The position numbers were made by a program, and so were the translations under genes. Positions 1 to 7,753 of a DNA stretch of 64,000 bases are shown here, piece after piece; position 1 is the first letter of the stretch, and every line of letters begins with the position of its first letter. Under the pieces are notes generated by a model. The model was not told where the DNA came from. It saw only the letters and a list, made by a program, of their open reading frames with translations, and searched no databases. The stretch is from Trueperaceae bacterium (lineage in GTDB: Bacteria; Deinococcota; Deinococci; Deinococcales; Trueperaceae): positions 93,712-157,711 of the forward strand of contig CBDBZX010000010.1 in the NCBI GenBank assembly GCA_965213645.1, given 5' to 3'.

Positions 1-93
1 TCTTCACTCCACTTCATAAAACTCATCCATCTTTTACTCAAAATAACGATGCAAGACAAAATTTAGTCTAGTCTTCAGACCTCTGGGGAGGGG

Positions 94-1833
94 GTGACGA
101 TTGGTGAAGCGCTGACACGGGGTAACGCTGGATTTTTGTCAATCACGCATGGAGTAGCACATTCAAGGGTTGAACGGGAGACCACGGTGAACACAACGGT
201 GAACACACGAGTACGGGTTAAAACAGCGCCAAATTTTAGAGGATGGGTGATCAGCACCTTCGCTGTTTGCCTCATCCTCGCCCTCAGCGCCTGCTCACAA
301 AATAGCGCACCTGAGCAAGCTGAGTTGGAAACGCAAGCCCCCAACCTCGTCACGAATTCAGGCTTTAGCGGTACGAGCGGGTGGTCATCCTATTTCAGCA
401 GCCCGATGACGGGCAGATTTTTGATCGAGAGCGGCGCAGGCAAGCTCAACATCCAGAACGCCGACGGCGCCGACTGGAAGGCGCAGCTCTACCAGAACGT
501 GAGCGTGCAGAGCGGCGCACGCTATTCGCTCACCTTTCAAGCGAAGGCGACGGGGGCGCGGCCCTTACGCGTCGCGCTGAGAAATTCAAGCTCGTACAGC
601 GACGTGTGGAGCAAGACGGTCAACCTCACCCCCTCGAACCAGACCTTCGGTCCTTTCACCTTTACGGCGGACGCTGCGAATAACCGCCAGCTCATCTTTT
701 ATGCGGGACAAAGCTCTAAAGATGTCTTTGTAGACAATGTGGTTCTCGAGGTGGCGAGTGGCGCAGCGCCGACACCGCCTAGCGGCGGCAAAACCTATCC
801 TTACGGCGGCAGCTTAGCCCCGAGCCAGTCCGAAGCCGACACCTTGATCCGCAATCTTTACGCCAAGTGGAAGCGCGAGCGCCTCGTCTACGCACCGAAC
901 AAGGGGCTTCAGCCGGGTGAAATCCTCTTGACTAGCAACACTCAGTTCAATAACGGCATGGTCTCTGAGGGCATCGGCTACGGGATGCTCTTGTCGGTTT
1001 ATAACAACGACAAGGCGACCTTCGACGGCATCTGGAAGTTCGGCAAGCGCAACCTCAACCAGTACGGCTTGTTGCCCTGGATATACAACAGCAACAGCCG
1101 CGTCGTCGACCCCAACAACGCTACTGACGGCGACCTAGACGCCGCTTTTGCGCTGATCGTCGCCAACCAAAAGGGTTGGGGGTATGCTCAGGACGCTCGC
1201 AACTTGGTCGATAATATCCTCGAGCACCTCGTGACCTCGGACAACGTCTTGGAGCGGGGCAGGGCCAATAATCCCAAAGACGTCATTAACACCTCTTACG
1301 TGTCGCCGGGCTACTTCAAGGTGTTTGCTGAATTCACGGGCAACAGGCGCTGGCTGGACGTGGCGAGCACGAACTACGCGATTCTCGAGCGGGGCTTAAA
1401 CAACTACACCCTCTTGCCGCATGACGTCAACACGCAGGGCAACGTAGTTGGCAACAACCAGAACTACGACTCCGACGCCGCCAGAGGACCGTGGCGTTTA
1501 GCGACCGACTACGTCTGGTACGGTGACAGCCGCGCCCAAACCCTGCTCAAGAAGTTCAACACCTTTTTCGAGAGTTCTAAAGCGGGGGGCTTGAGCAACC
1601 TGTGTGAAAGTTACGACCGCTTCGGCAATAAGGTCGGCTCTTGGTGTGGCTCCGACGCCGGTTGGATGATCCAAGGGGCCGCCTCCGCGCAGCTCGCCGA
1701 GAACGACAGCGCCGCCCGCCGCGAAGCCTGGAACGCGCTCTCGACGGCCTTCACCGGCAACTACTACTCGTTCGAGCTGACGCAGCTAGGCGTTTTGCTA
1801 ACCTCGGGGCGCTTCTACAACCCGTTGCAGTAG
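94..1833 (+). CDS. Secreted lipoprotein glycoside hydrolase: N-terminal CBM4/9-like carbohydrate-binding module plus GH8 catalytic domain
   Basis: 579-aa ORF. Lipobox LILALSAC. CBM4_9-like segment NLVTNSGFSGTSGWSSY...VDNVVLE. GH8-type motifs SEGIGYGML and ATDGDLDAAFALIVA. True start is probably the in-frame GTG at 187 or 199, just ahead of the signal peptide. Confidence 0.7.
   Translation: MTIGEALTRGNAGFLSITHGVAHSRVERETTVNTTVNTRVRVKTAPNFRGWVISTFAVCLILALSACSQNSAPEQAELETQAPNLVTNSGFSGTSGWSSYFSSPMTGRFLIESGAGKLNIQNADGADWKAQLYQNVSVQSGARYSLTFQAKATGARPLRVALRNSSSYSDVWSKTVNLTPSNQTFGPFTFTADAANNRQLIFYAGQSSKDVFVDNVVLEVASGAAPTPPSGGKTYPYGGSLAPSQSEADTLIRNLYAKWKRERLVYAPNKGLQPGEILLTSNTQFNNGMVSEGIGYGMLLSVYNNDKATFDGIWKFGKRNLNQYGLLPWIYNSNSRVVDPNNATDGDLDAAFALIVANQKGWGYAQDARNLVDNILEHLVTSDNVLERGRANNPKDVINTSYVSPGYFKVFAEFTGNRRWLDVASTNYAILERGLNNYTLLPHDVNTQGNVVGNNQNYDSDAARGPWRLATDYVWYGDSRAQTLLKKFNTFFESSKAGGLSNLCESYDRFGNKVGSWCGSDAGWMIQGAASAQLAENDSAARREAWNALSTAFTGNYYSFELTQLGVLLTSGRFYNPLQ
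184..207 (+). repeat. Perfect 12-nt x2 in-frame tandem duplication (acggtgaacaca; encodes TVNTTVNT) at or near the GH8 start region
   Basis: Read directly from the sequence. Confidence 0.9.
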
Positions 1834-1879
1834 TTAGGATAATGAGGGTTTGCTAGGCGGATGAGTCTTATAAACAGGC

Positions 1880-1921
1880 GCTGAGCTGTTGGTTTTGAGT
1901 TGCCAACAGCTCAGCCCTTTT
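1880..1921 (+). terminator. Rho-independent terminator after the GH8 gene
   Basis: 13-bp stem gctgagctgttgg / ccaacagctcagc (1880-1892 / 1903-1915) followed by ccttttc. Confidence 0.75.
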
Positions 1922-1983
1922 CGTGCGATATGCGGGACAAGCTCTATACTGATACTGCCCCGCTAAACCGGAGACCAAGTTTA

Positions 1984-2070
1984 TACGGATTCCGACTGAT
2001 TACTGCATAAACTCCGACACTGCGTGCTTCTACGGAGTTGTCGTTGATTCCGTAATCATCGGAATCCGTA
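1984..2070. repeat. Long imperfect inverted repeat forming an ~87-nt stem-loop, with an inner 7-bp stem (aactccg / cggagtt)
   Basis: tacggattccgactgattac (1984-2003) pairs with gtaatcatcggaatccgta (2052-2070): 19 bp with one bulged C. No ORF covers it. Confidence 0.7.
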
Positions 2071-2266
2071 GCTCTTTATTCTCGCAGAGGAGCCTTCAGC
2101 CGCTAGCGGGAGCGAACTAGCCCCAACGGGGCGGGCCCTGTTCCCGGAGGGAAACTTCGCAAGCCCTGCGAAGCGGGTATTGCCCGTTCTAGGGTCCACG
2201 CGACTGCGTATCATGCCGTTGTAACTTGCTCATATTGGCTATTCGTTGATGTTACCTAGGTTAGAG

Positions 2267-2310
2267 CACCGTTCGTTTACTTCGTAAAATTACATAACCA
2301 GCTTGACTGG
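2267..2310 (+). repeat. Variant copy of the dispersed caccgttcgtccagct(c/t)gactgg element, split by a 21-nt insertion
   Basis: caccgttcgt (2267-2276) + 21 nt + ccagcttgactgg (2298-2310). The same blocks are contiguous at 41845-41868, 53520-53543 and 53580-53603. Confidence 0.6.
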
Positions 2311-2376
2311 AAAGCTCAAAGGTCGCCGTAGGTCCCCGAAAGGGGGCTCTTAGCCTTCACCTGACCGGCTGATGAT

Positions 2377-2407
2377 TTGAGGATGGCACAAAGTGCCATC
2401 CTCAAAC
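2377..2407. other. Perfect 14-bp stem-loop (tttgaggatggcac aaa gtgccatcctcaaa). A second gtgccatcc copy followed by ctttttc lies at 2444-2459.
   Basis: Read directly. The left arm could pair alternatively with either downstream copy. Confidence 0.6.
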
Positions 2408-2500
2408 GCGCTAGGCGCGTAACTTCAAACGCTCTCACATTGTGCCATCCCTTTTTCAATCTGTAGTTGACCAGATACCTCCATCAATATAACGCATCGG

Positions 2501-2533
2501 GGTTAAACACGCGATAAAGTCGCGTGTTTAACC
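2501..2533 (-). terminator. Perfect 14-bp hairpin 11 nt downstream of the amidase-gene stop; possible terminator, but no clear U-tract
   Basis: ggttaaacacgcga / tcgcgtgtttaacc. Confidence 0.4.
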
Positions 2534-2543
2534 GGAAAAGGCA

Positions 2544-3938
2544 CTACCTGTCGCACTTCTTCGCCACCAGACCGTTCGAGCCCGTGTACACGAACGCATC
2601 GGTAATCCAAGCGCCGTTCGAGAGTTTGTCCCAAATGCGCGTCGTCCCGTAGGGTCCGGTGATCGCCTCGCCGTTCGGTTCTTGACAGATGATGGTCACG
2701 GGCGCGTTGCCGCCAAGCTGTCCGACTCTGCGGTAATTCGTACCAGGGCCACTCCGCAGATTGTAAATACCGTCCGCCAGCGTTCTCGCCTTCACCCCTG
2801 CACTGCTACCGTCACCGCACTTCGCTCTCGCCTTTCTGAGGTAGCGCCGCCAGGGCCAGTTCTCACCGGGGTCGGTACGGGTCTCGGGCTGCAACTGTCC
2901 GTGCCCGACGATGCGCACCCGGTTGAGCGGTACGCCGTTACGTTCACTAATCGCGCAGATGAGCTGCGCCGAGGTATCGATGAGCCCGGCTGAGAAGGTG
3001 CCCGAGGCGTACCCAGCGTGCTCGATGCCGATGGTGAACTCGTTCGTCCGGTCACCGTTGCGCCCGCAGAACTTGTCGCGGTTCAAGCTGCAGCGGTAAG
3101 GGGCGGCGATGTGCCAGGCGGTGTTGTCTTCGCTGACGAGCTGCGACACTTCGGAGCCGGATTCGTTGACGACGTAATGGGCGCTAGCGGGTACGTTCGG
3201 GTTAGTGAGGTGGCTGACGCAGCCTGCGTAGGAGCCCTCGCAGGTGTGAATGATGACCATGAGGGTTTTCGCGTCGCGGCTGTCGTAGTTGGATGAGGGG
3301 TTCCAGACAATGGGCGGGTAGAGGTTGCTCTGCTGCGGCTCGAGCTTCGGGGAGGGCGGCAAAACGAACTGGGGTTTGATATCGCGCTGGGGCTCCAAGG
3401 TCGCTACACGCTCGCCGTCTCTCTCGACGTCCGCCCCTTCTCGTAAAACGCGGTAGACCTCGTTGTGAACGTAGTAAGCTTGCCAGTCCTCATCCTCGAT
3501 ATCGCTATAGCGAGCCACAGCGCTCGCCCACGCCCCTACGTCGCTGCGGTTTATTGCCGCTTCGTCCGCGTAGGCGCTCAGCAGCGCCGCCGCCGCGCGG
3601 ATGTTCGCGTCGGGCTGAGCACGCGCCGCTGCCTCTGACACGTCCGCTAGGGCTGCGCCGCGTGCCAAGCGCTCGCCGCGCAGCGCCATGATGCCGAAGG
3701 CGGGCGCGGTTTCGTGTCTCGCCTCGCCGCGCACCATCTGCCAGCGCGTTTCGGCGTAGCCGATGGCTTTGAGCAACGCGGTCGGCACGCCGAACTCCGC
3801 GCCCGCCTCGGCGAAGAGGGTGTCGAGCTGGCTGGCTGGCGGCGGCGTTGTCTCGGACGGGACATCGGGGGAGGTTACGTCGGTGCTACACGCGGCTAAA
3901 AGGAGTAGGGAGCAAACAACTGCAATTCGTCGCAACAT
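2544..3938 (-). CDS. Lipoprotein peptidoglycan hydrolase: SLT-like lytic transglycosylase + N-acetylmuramoyl-L-alanine amidase (Amidase_2/PGRP type) + C-terminal SH3b-like module
   Basis: Signal peptide and lipobox MLRRIAVVCSLLLLAACS (start taken at this Met; the ORF extends to 3980). SLT-like LLKAIGYAETRW...FGIMAL. Amidase_2-like IIHTCEGS...SAHYVV...NTAWHIA...IGIEHAG...GHGQL...TDPGENWPW. Module IYNLRSGPGTNYRRVG...WDKL...KKC. Confidence 0.8.
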   Translation of the reverse strand: MLRRIAVVCSLLLLAACSTDVTSPDVPSETTPPPASQLDTLFAEAGAEFGVPTALLKAIGYAETRWQMVRGEARHETAPAFGIMALRGERLARGAALADVSEAAARAQPDANIRAAAALLSAYADEAAINRSDVGAWASAVARYSDIEDEDWQAYYVHNEVYRVLREGADVERDGERVATLEPQRDIKPQFVLPPSPKLEPQQSNLYPPIVWNPSSNYDSRDAKTLMVIIHTCEGSYAGCVSHLTNPNVPASAHYVVNESGSEVSQLVSEDNTAWHIAAPYRCSLNRDKFCGRNGDRTNEFTIGIEHAGYASGTFSAGLIDTSAQLICAISERNGVPLNRVRIVGHGQLQPETRTDPGENWPWRRYLRKARAKCGDGSSAGVKARTLADGIYNLRSGPGTNYRRVGQLGGNAPVTIICQEPNGEAITGPYGTTRIWDKLSNGAWITDAFVYTGSNGLVAKKCDR

Positions 3939-4006
3939 AATAAGGTTTCCTCTCGAGAGCAGACTTAGCGCCACACTCAAGCGTCCCTGAGTGTGGCGCG
4001 TATAGG

Positions 4007-4780
4007 CTAGAAACGGATGAAGGAGAGACCAGCAGCGGAGATGCGCCGCGTGCCGTAGGCGTACGGTTTCCAGTTGTACTCCTCGACGGTGATGTCTCCG
4101 TTACCGTGCACCTTCGCCACGTAAGCGACGTGCCCGTAACCCAGCGAGCCACGTTGATACGCCTCCCAGTGGGCGATGTCGCCGACTCTCGGCTTTCCGG
4201 CGACGCGCACCCCGGCGGCCCTCGCCGCGTCGTCCCAGTTGTTCGCGTTGCCCCAATGGACGCCCCGAAAGTAGTTGTGAAACTTGACGTTTTTGACTTT
4301 GCGGACGCGCCAGGTCGCGAACGAGACGCACTGACGGATGTAGAAGTTCCAGGGGTCGACGCCGCTCGTCGAGCCGTTTTTGTAGGGGTAGTTGTCGCCG
4401 ATGATGCGTCCTTGAGTTGGAGACGGCTTGTGACCTTTGCACCAAGGCGCGACACGGTTCATCGAGCCGGTGTAGACGTAAGCGTCGGAAATCCACTTGC
4501 CGCTTGCAAGCTTGTCCCAGAGTCTCGAGTAGCCCCACGGTCCCTTGTGCCGCGTGCCCCGCGCGTGGCAGACGATCTTGACCTCTTGACCGCCCGTCTT
4601 CTGCCCGACGACGCGGTAGTTGGTGCCAGGTCCGCTGCGGAGGTTGATGGTATGCCCTTTTGCCACGGTGCCGGTGGCGGCTTGTGCCTCTAGCTCGGCA
4701 GATTGTGCGGGGGCGTCAACGGTGCCGCAGGCGCTCAGAAAGAGGAGCGCGGCGAGGGCGAATAAACTCAGCTTGTTCAT
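4007..4780 (-). CDS. Lipoprotein with N-terminal SH3b-like module and C-terminal CHAP-domain peptidoglycan amidase/endopeptidase
   Basis: Lipobox LLFLSACG. Module TINLRSGPGTNYRVVGQKTGG...WDKLASGKWISDAYVYTG..RVAPWC. CHAP-like catalytic Cys context FYIRQCVSFATWRV and His context GDIAHWE...GHVAYV. Confidence 0.8.
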   Translation of the reverse strand: MNKLSLFALAALLFLSACGTVDAPAQSAELEAQAATGTVAKGHTINLRSGPGTNYRVVGQKTGGQEVKIVCHARGTRHKGPWGYSRLWDKLASGKWISDAYVYTGSMNRVAPWCKGHKPSPTQGRIIGDNYPYKNGSTSGVDPWNFYIRQCVSFATWRVRKVKNVKFHNYFRGVHWGNANNWDDAARAAGVRVAGKPRVGDIAHWEAYQRGSLGYGHVAYVAKVHGNGDITVEEYNWKPYAYGTRRISAAGLSFIRF

Positions 4781-4837
4781 GGTTGCTTCCTTTCGGAAAT
4801 GAGGTTCGGATGGCAGACGGTGTGGAGGGCTGGTCGC

Positions 4838-6376
4838 TCAGCTACACCCCTTCGCCAACCTGCCGTTGCTGCCCGAGTAGATTAGAGCGTCGCTAATCCA
4901 CTTGCCGTTCTTGAGCTTGTTCCAAAGGCGTGTGGTGCCGTAGGGTCCGGTGATGGCTTCGCCCCGTTCCTGACAGGTGATAACGACGGTGTAGCCGCCG
5001 CCGATGGTGCCCACCTTGCTGTAGTTCGTACCGGGGCCGCTCCGCAGGTTGTAGACGCTGCCGCTCAAAGTCTTAGCCCGCACGCGGTTGACAGTGGCGG
5101 GTCTGGTGTTGAGCTGGCCCAATTCGCGCTCGATACTACCTACCGTGCTGAACGTTCCGCCGCCCCAGAGGACGCCGTAGAGGGTTGCCGTTCCCGATTT
5201 GCCCCGCTTGAAAACGGGAGAGCCGCTGTCGCCTTTGCCGGACCTGATGTTGGACAGGACCTGGCACAGTTGGGTCAGTCCGGTGTCGCCGTTCACATTA
5301 AACTGGTTGACGTTGATGCACGTTCTTGTCACCTTGCCCGAGGTCCAACCCGTCGTCCTCCCCACCTTGTGGAGAATTTCGCCGACGATAGGCGCGTCGG
5401 CTTCGCCCGTGATTCTAAAGGAGCCGTTCACGCTCAGCGCGCCGCTGTTGAGGCTCGTCGTCTTAGCGATTTTGCCCAAAGCGAAGGCGGAACTTCCCGT
5501 ATACCGCGCGAACGAACTGTCGCTGTAGCGGCAGCGCCGTCCAGCGGGGCACTTGCCGCCGCGGAAATAACCGGGGTCTTTCGCCTCTACCCCGATGCGT
5601 CTACCGCCCGGCTGGCTATACACCGTACCTTCCGTACCGCCCTGCGTCTTCGTGCAGTGCGAATTGGTGATGAAACCCGGCGAACCTGCGCGCACAACGT
5701 GAAATCCCAACGTACAAGCGCCGTTGCCGAAGTTGATCTGAAAGCCCCCTCTCGTTGTATTAGGCGAACTTCGCAGCCCTAATAGAGGCATAATGGGTTC
5801 GGTTTCCTCAAAAAGCACTGCACCCTGGGGAACGCCCGCATTTTGCAAGGTGCGCTCTAAGAGGGCGCGGTTGGAAAAATCTTCAACGCCAACAACTAAG
5901 CGGTTCTGGGCTTCGTCGAGGTCGGTGAAGACGACGCCATCTACCCCTAATACCGAGTCAAGCTGCGCTTGCCAGGTGAGCAACTGTTTGACCTCATATT
6001 GACCCTCGAGGATGCGGATATCGGGCGCAGTGTTTTGCGTCTCTAAACCCTCACGCCCCTGCCCCAAGCGCTCCTCACCCAACACATCTTTGAGCGCCGC
6101 CAACGTGTCGCCCCGTTGCGCTTGGGCGTTTTGCGTTGTGATTCCAGCGGTGAGATAGACCGTTAGGACCCCTTCGTCGTCGAAGAAGAACCCGCCGAAG
6201 CCGGGTAGACGCTCCGCGATTTGAGCGAGTTGCTCGTCAGGATTGGCGTTCGCCGAGTACGAAGGTGCTTCGGCTTCACTCTCAGGTTGCGGCGCGGTGG
6301 CGCAACTTGCCAGTACGAGCGCCAAAAATGTCAAAACATTCAGGGTCAGCCACGGCTTAAGTAATCGTTGTCGCAT
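4838..6376 (-). CDS. Lipoprotein serine protease of the alpha-lytic/streptogrisin (S1E) type with pro-region and C-terminal SH3b-like module
   Basis: Lipobox LALVLASCA (start taken at MRQRLLKPW; the ORF extends to 6451). ACTLGFHV, ITNSHC, GDSGSPVF. Module VYNLRSGPGTNYSKVG...GEAITGPYGTTRLWNKL...KGC. Confidence 0.8.
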   Translation of the reverse strand: MRQRLLKPWLTLNVLTFLALVLASCATAPQPESEAEAPSYSANANPDEQLAQIAERLPGFGGFFFDDEGVLTVYLTAGITTQNAQAQRGDTLAALKDVLGEERLGQGREGLETQNTAPDIRILEGQYEVKQLLTWQAQLDSVLGVDGVVFTDLDEAQNRLVVGVEDFSNRALLERTLQNAGVPQGAVLFEETEPIMPLLGLRSSPNTTRGGFQINFGNGACTLGFHVVRAGSPGFITNSHCTKTQGGTEGTVYSQPGGRRIGVEAKDPGYFRGGKCPAGRRCRYSDSSFARYTGSSAFALGKIAKTTSLNSGALSVNGSFRITGEADAPIVGEILHKVGRTTGWTSGKVTRTCINVNQFNVNGDTGLTQLCQVLSNIRSGKGDSGSPVFKRGKSGTATLYGVLWGGGTFSTVGSIERELGQLNTRPATVNRVRAKTLSGSVYNLRSGPGTNYSKVGTIGGGYTVVITCQERGEAITGPYGTTRLWNKLKNGKWISDALIYSGSNGRLAKGCS

Positions 6377-6457
6377 AAGACCTCCCAAAAGGTTTGTTGC
6401 TGAAAGGAATTTAGAGCGGCGTGTGCGCTTGTCCTCTGGCGCACACGCCACGCTTGC

Positions 6458-7588
6458 TCAGCACCAGGGCGCGACGCGCCCCCACGTGCCTGTATTGACC
6501 CAGGCGTCTGAGACCCACTTGCCGCTGGCGAGCTTGTCCCACAAGTCCGAATATTGACCGCCGAGTTCAGGGGGACCTTTATGCCGTGTGCCCCGCTTGT
6601 GACAGACGATGGTGACCTTCTGTCCGCCCGTCTTCTGCCCGACCACCCGGTAGTTGCTGCCGGGACCGCTTCTCAAGTTCACCGTGTAATCCGCTGGGAT
6701 CGTGCCGGTGGCGCTGTCTGAAGAACCCGGATACAGCTTCCGCCACTGGGCGACGTCGCGCTTCGAAAGGTTGGTGCGCCCCCAGTAGCCGTTTACCTCT
6801 TGACCGTTTAGGCGTGTGAAATGAAGAGGTCCAAACTCGCGAGAGTTGTAGTGCATGATGGAGTTGTAGTCGTAGCGGCCCATCTGCACCAGGTTGCAGT
6901 TTCGGGTGAATTGGGCTGGCGCTGAGCTAGTATTGATCATACGGATGTAGCTGTTGCGGTCACAGCGCTTGATTTCATGCTGGAACCCTAGGGCGTGCCC
7001 CAACTCGTGCATGATGAGCGCTTTGCTCGCGCCCTTGCGACCGATGTAAATCCGGCAATTCCCGCCGGAACACCCGTCGTAATAGTTGCTGCCGTTGCCG
7101 TAGTAGATCGTCAGGTAGTGCGGCTGCCCGGTGTAGTTGACGAAGTTGACGCCAGGCACTTGCCGCTCGATCTGATTGAGCGCCGCTTGCAAATTGGTCG
7201 GCGCGTAGACCCTCCGCACCGGGATAACGCCACCCGTGTCGGACCAGAAGGACTTGCCGTTCCAGTGGAGGGCCTGCGGCGAGAGGTTGCGTTGAGACGC
7301 CTCTTCGGGCGTCTTGGCGACTTCGGACGGGTCACCGATGCCGATGTCGCCGTCGTAGATCGCGCGACCATTCACGACCTGGTACTGAATCTTAACGGGC
7401 GTTTCGCCGTCGTTGCCGAGGATGTAGCCTGTATACGCCGGACCTTTCTGCGGGTCTAGTATCCCTATTCCCGGCTGATCGTCCGAGCCTTCTGAGCCGG
7501 CGTCAATGTCTGTGAGTTGGCAGGCGGCGAGCGCTGTCAGAAGGGTCAGCGCGACCGCTAGGTGAACGTAACGTAGGGTATTCATCAC
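6458..7588 (-). CDS. Lipoprotein astacin-family (M12A) zinc metalloprotease with C-terminal SH3b-like module
   Basis: Lipobox LTALAACQ. Full astacin signature HELGHALGFQHEIKRCDRNSY and Met-turn SIMHY. Module TVNLRSGPGSNYRVVGQKTGG...RVAPWC. Confidence 0.85.
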   Translation of the reverse strand: MMNTLRYVHLAVALTLLTALAACQLTDIDAGSEGSDDQPGIGILDPQKGPAYTGYILGNDGETPVKIQYQVVNGRAIYDGDIGIGDPSEVAKTPEEASQRNLSPQALHWNGKSFWSDTGGVIPVRRVYAPTNLQAALNQIERQVPGVNFVNYTGQPHYLTIYYGNGSNYYDGCSGGNCRIYIGRKGASKALIMHELGHALGFQHEIKRCDRNSYIRMINTSSAPAQFTRNCNLVQMGRYDYNSIMHYNSREFGPLHFTRLNGQEVNGYWGRTNLSKRDVAQWRKLYPGSSDSATGTIPADYTVNLRSGPGSNYRVVGQKTGGQKVTIVCHKRGTRHKGPPELGGQYSDLWDKLASGKWVSDAWVNTGTWGRVAPWC

Positions 7589-7643
7589 TTGCTCCTTGTC
7601 ATGAGAAGGTGTCCCGTTTTGCGTGTACGTGAAAACTGATATA

Positions 7644-7694
7644 CGTCTCTCACGGCTATTGCGCTACCGCATACATAAAACGTGGTACACCGCC
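7644..7694 (+). repeat. 51-nt conserved intergenic element, copy A (second copy at 28732-28782)
   Basis: Shares cgtctctc, cgctac and a perfect 17-nt block aaacgtggtacaccgcc with copy B. Confidence 0.7.
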
Positions 7695-7753
7695 TGTCGT
7701 AGGAAAACGCTCGAGAGGTCAGTACGCCCCTTGAAGCTGCTCACTTGCATCCT

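Noticed and set aside
2311-2329. Shared string aaagctcaa(g)aggtcgccg at 2311-2329 and 29759-29778, as a further repeat family
   Set aside because: It consists of only two 9-nt blocks with an indel, and aggtcg/gaggtc-type strings are very common in this genome because of codon usage. That is too weak to call.
1930-2340. tRNA, tmRNA, RNase P or group II intron in the structured gap
   Set aside because: I found no T-loop (GGTTCGAATCC-like) sequence, no acceptor-stem pairing, no RNase P conserved blocks and no domain V-like hairpin. The region is left as unclassified structured DNA.
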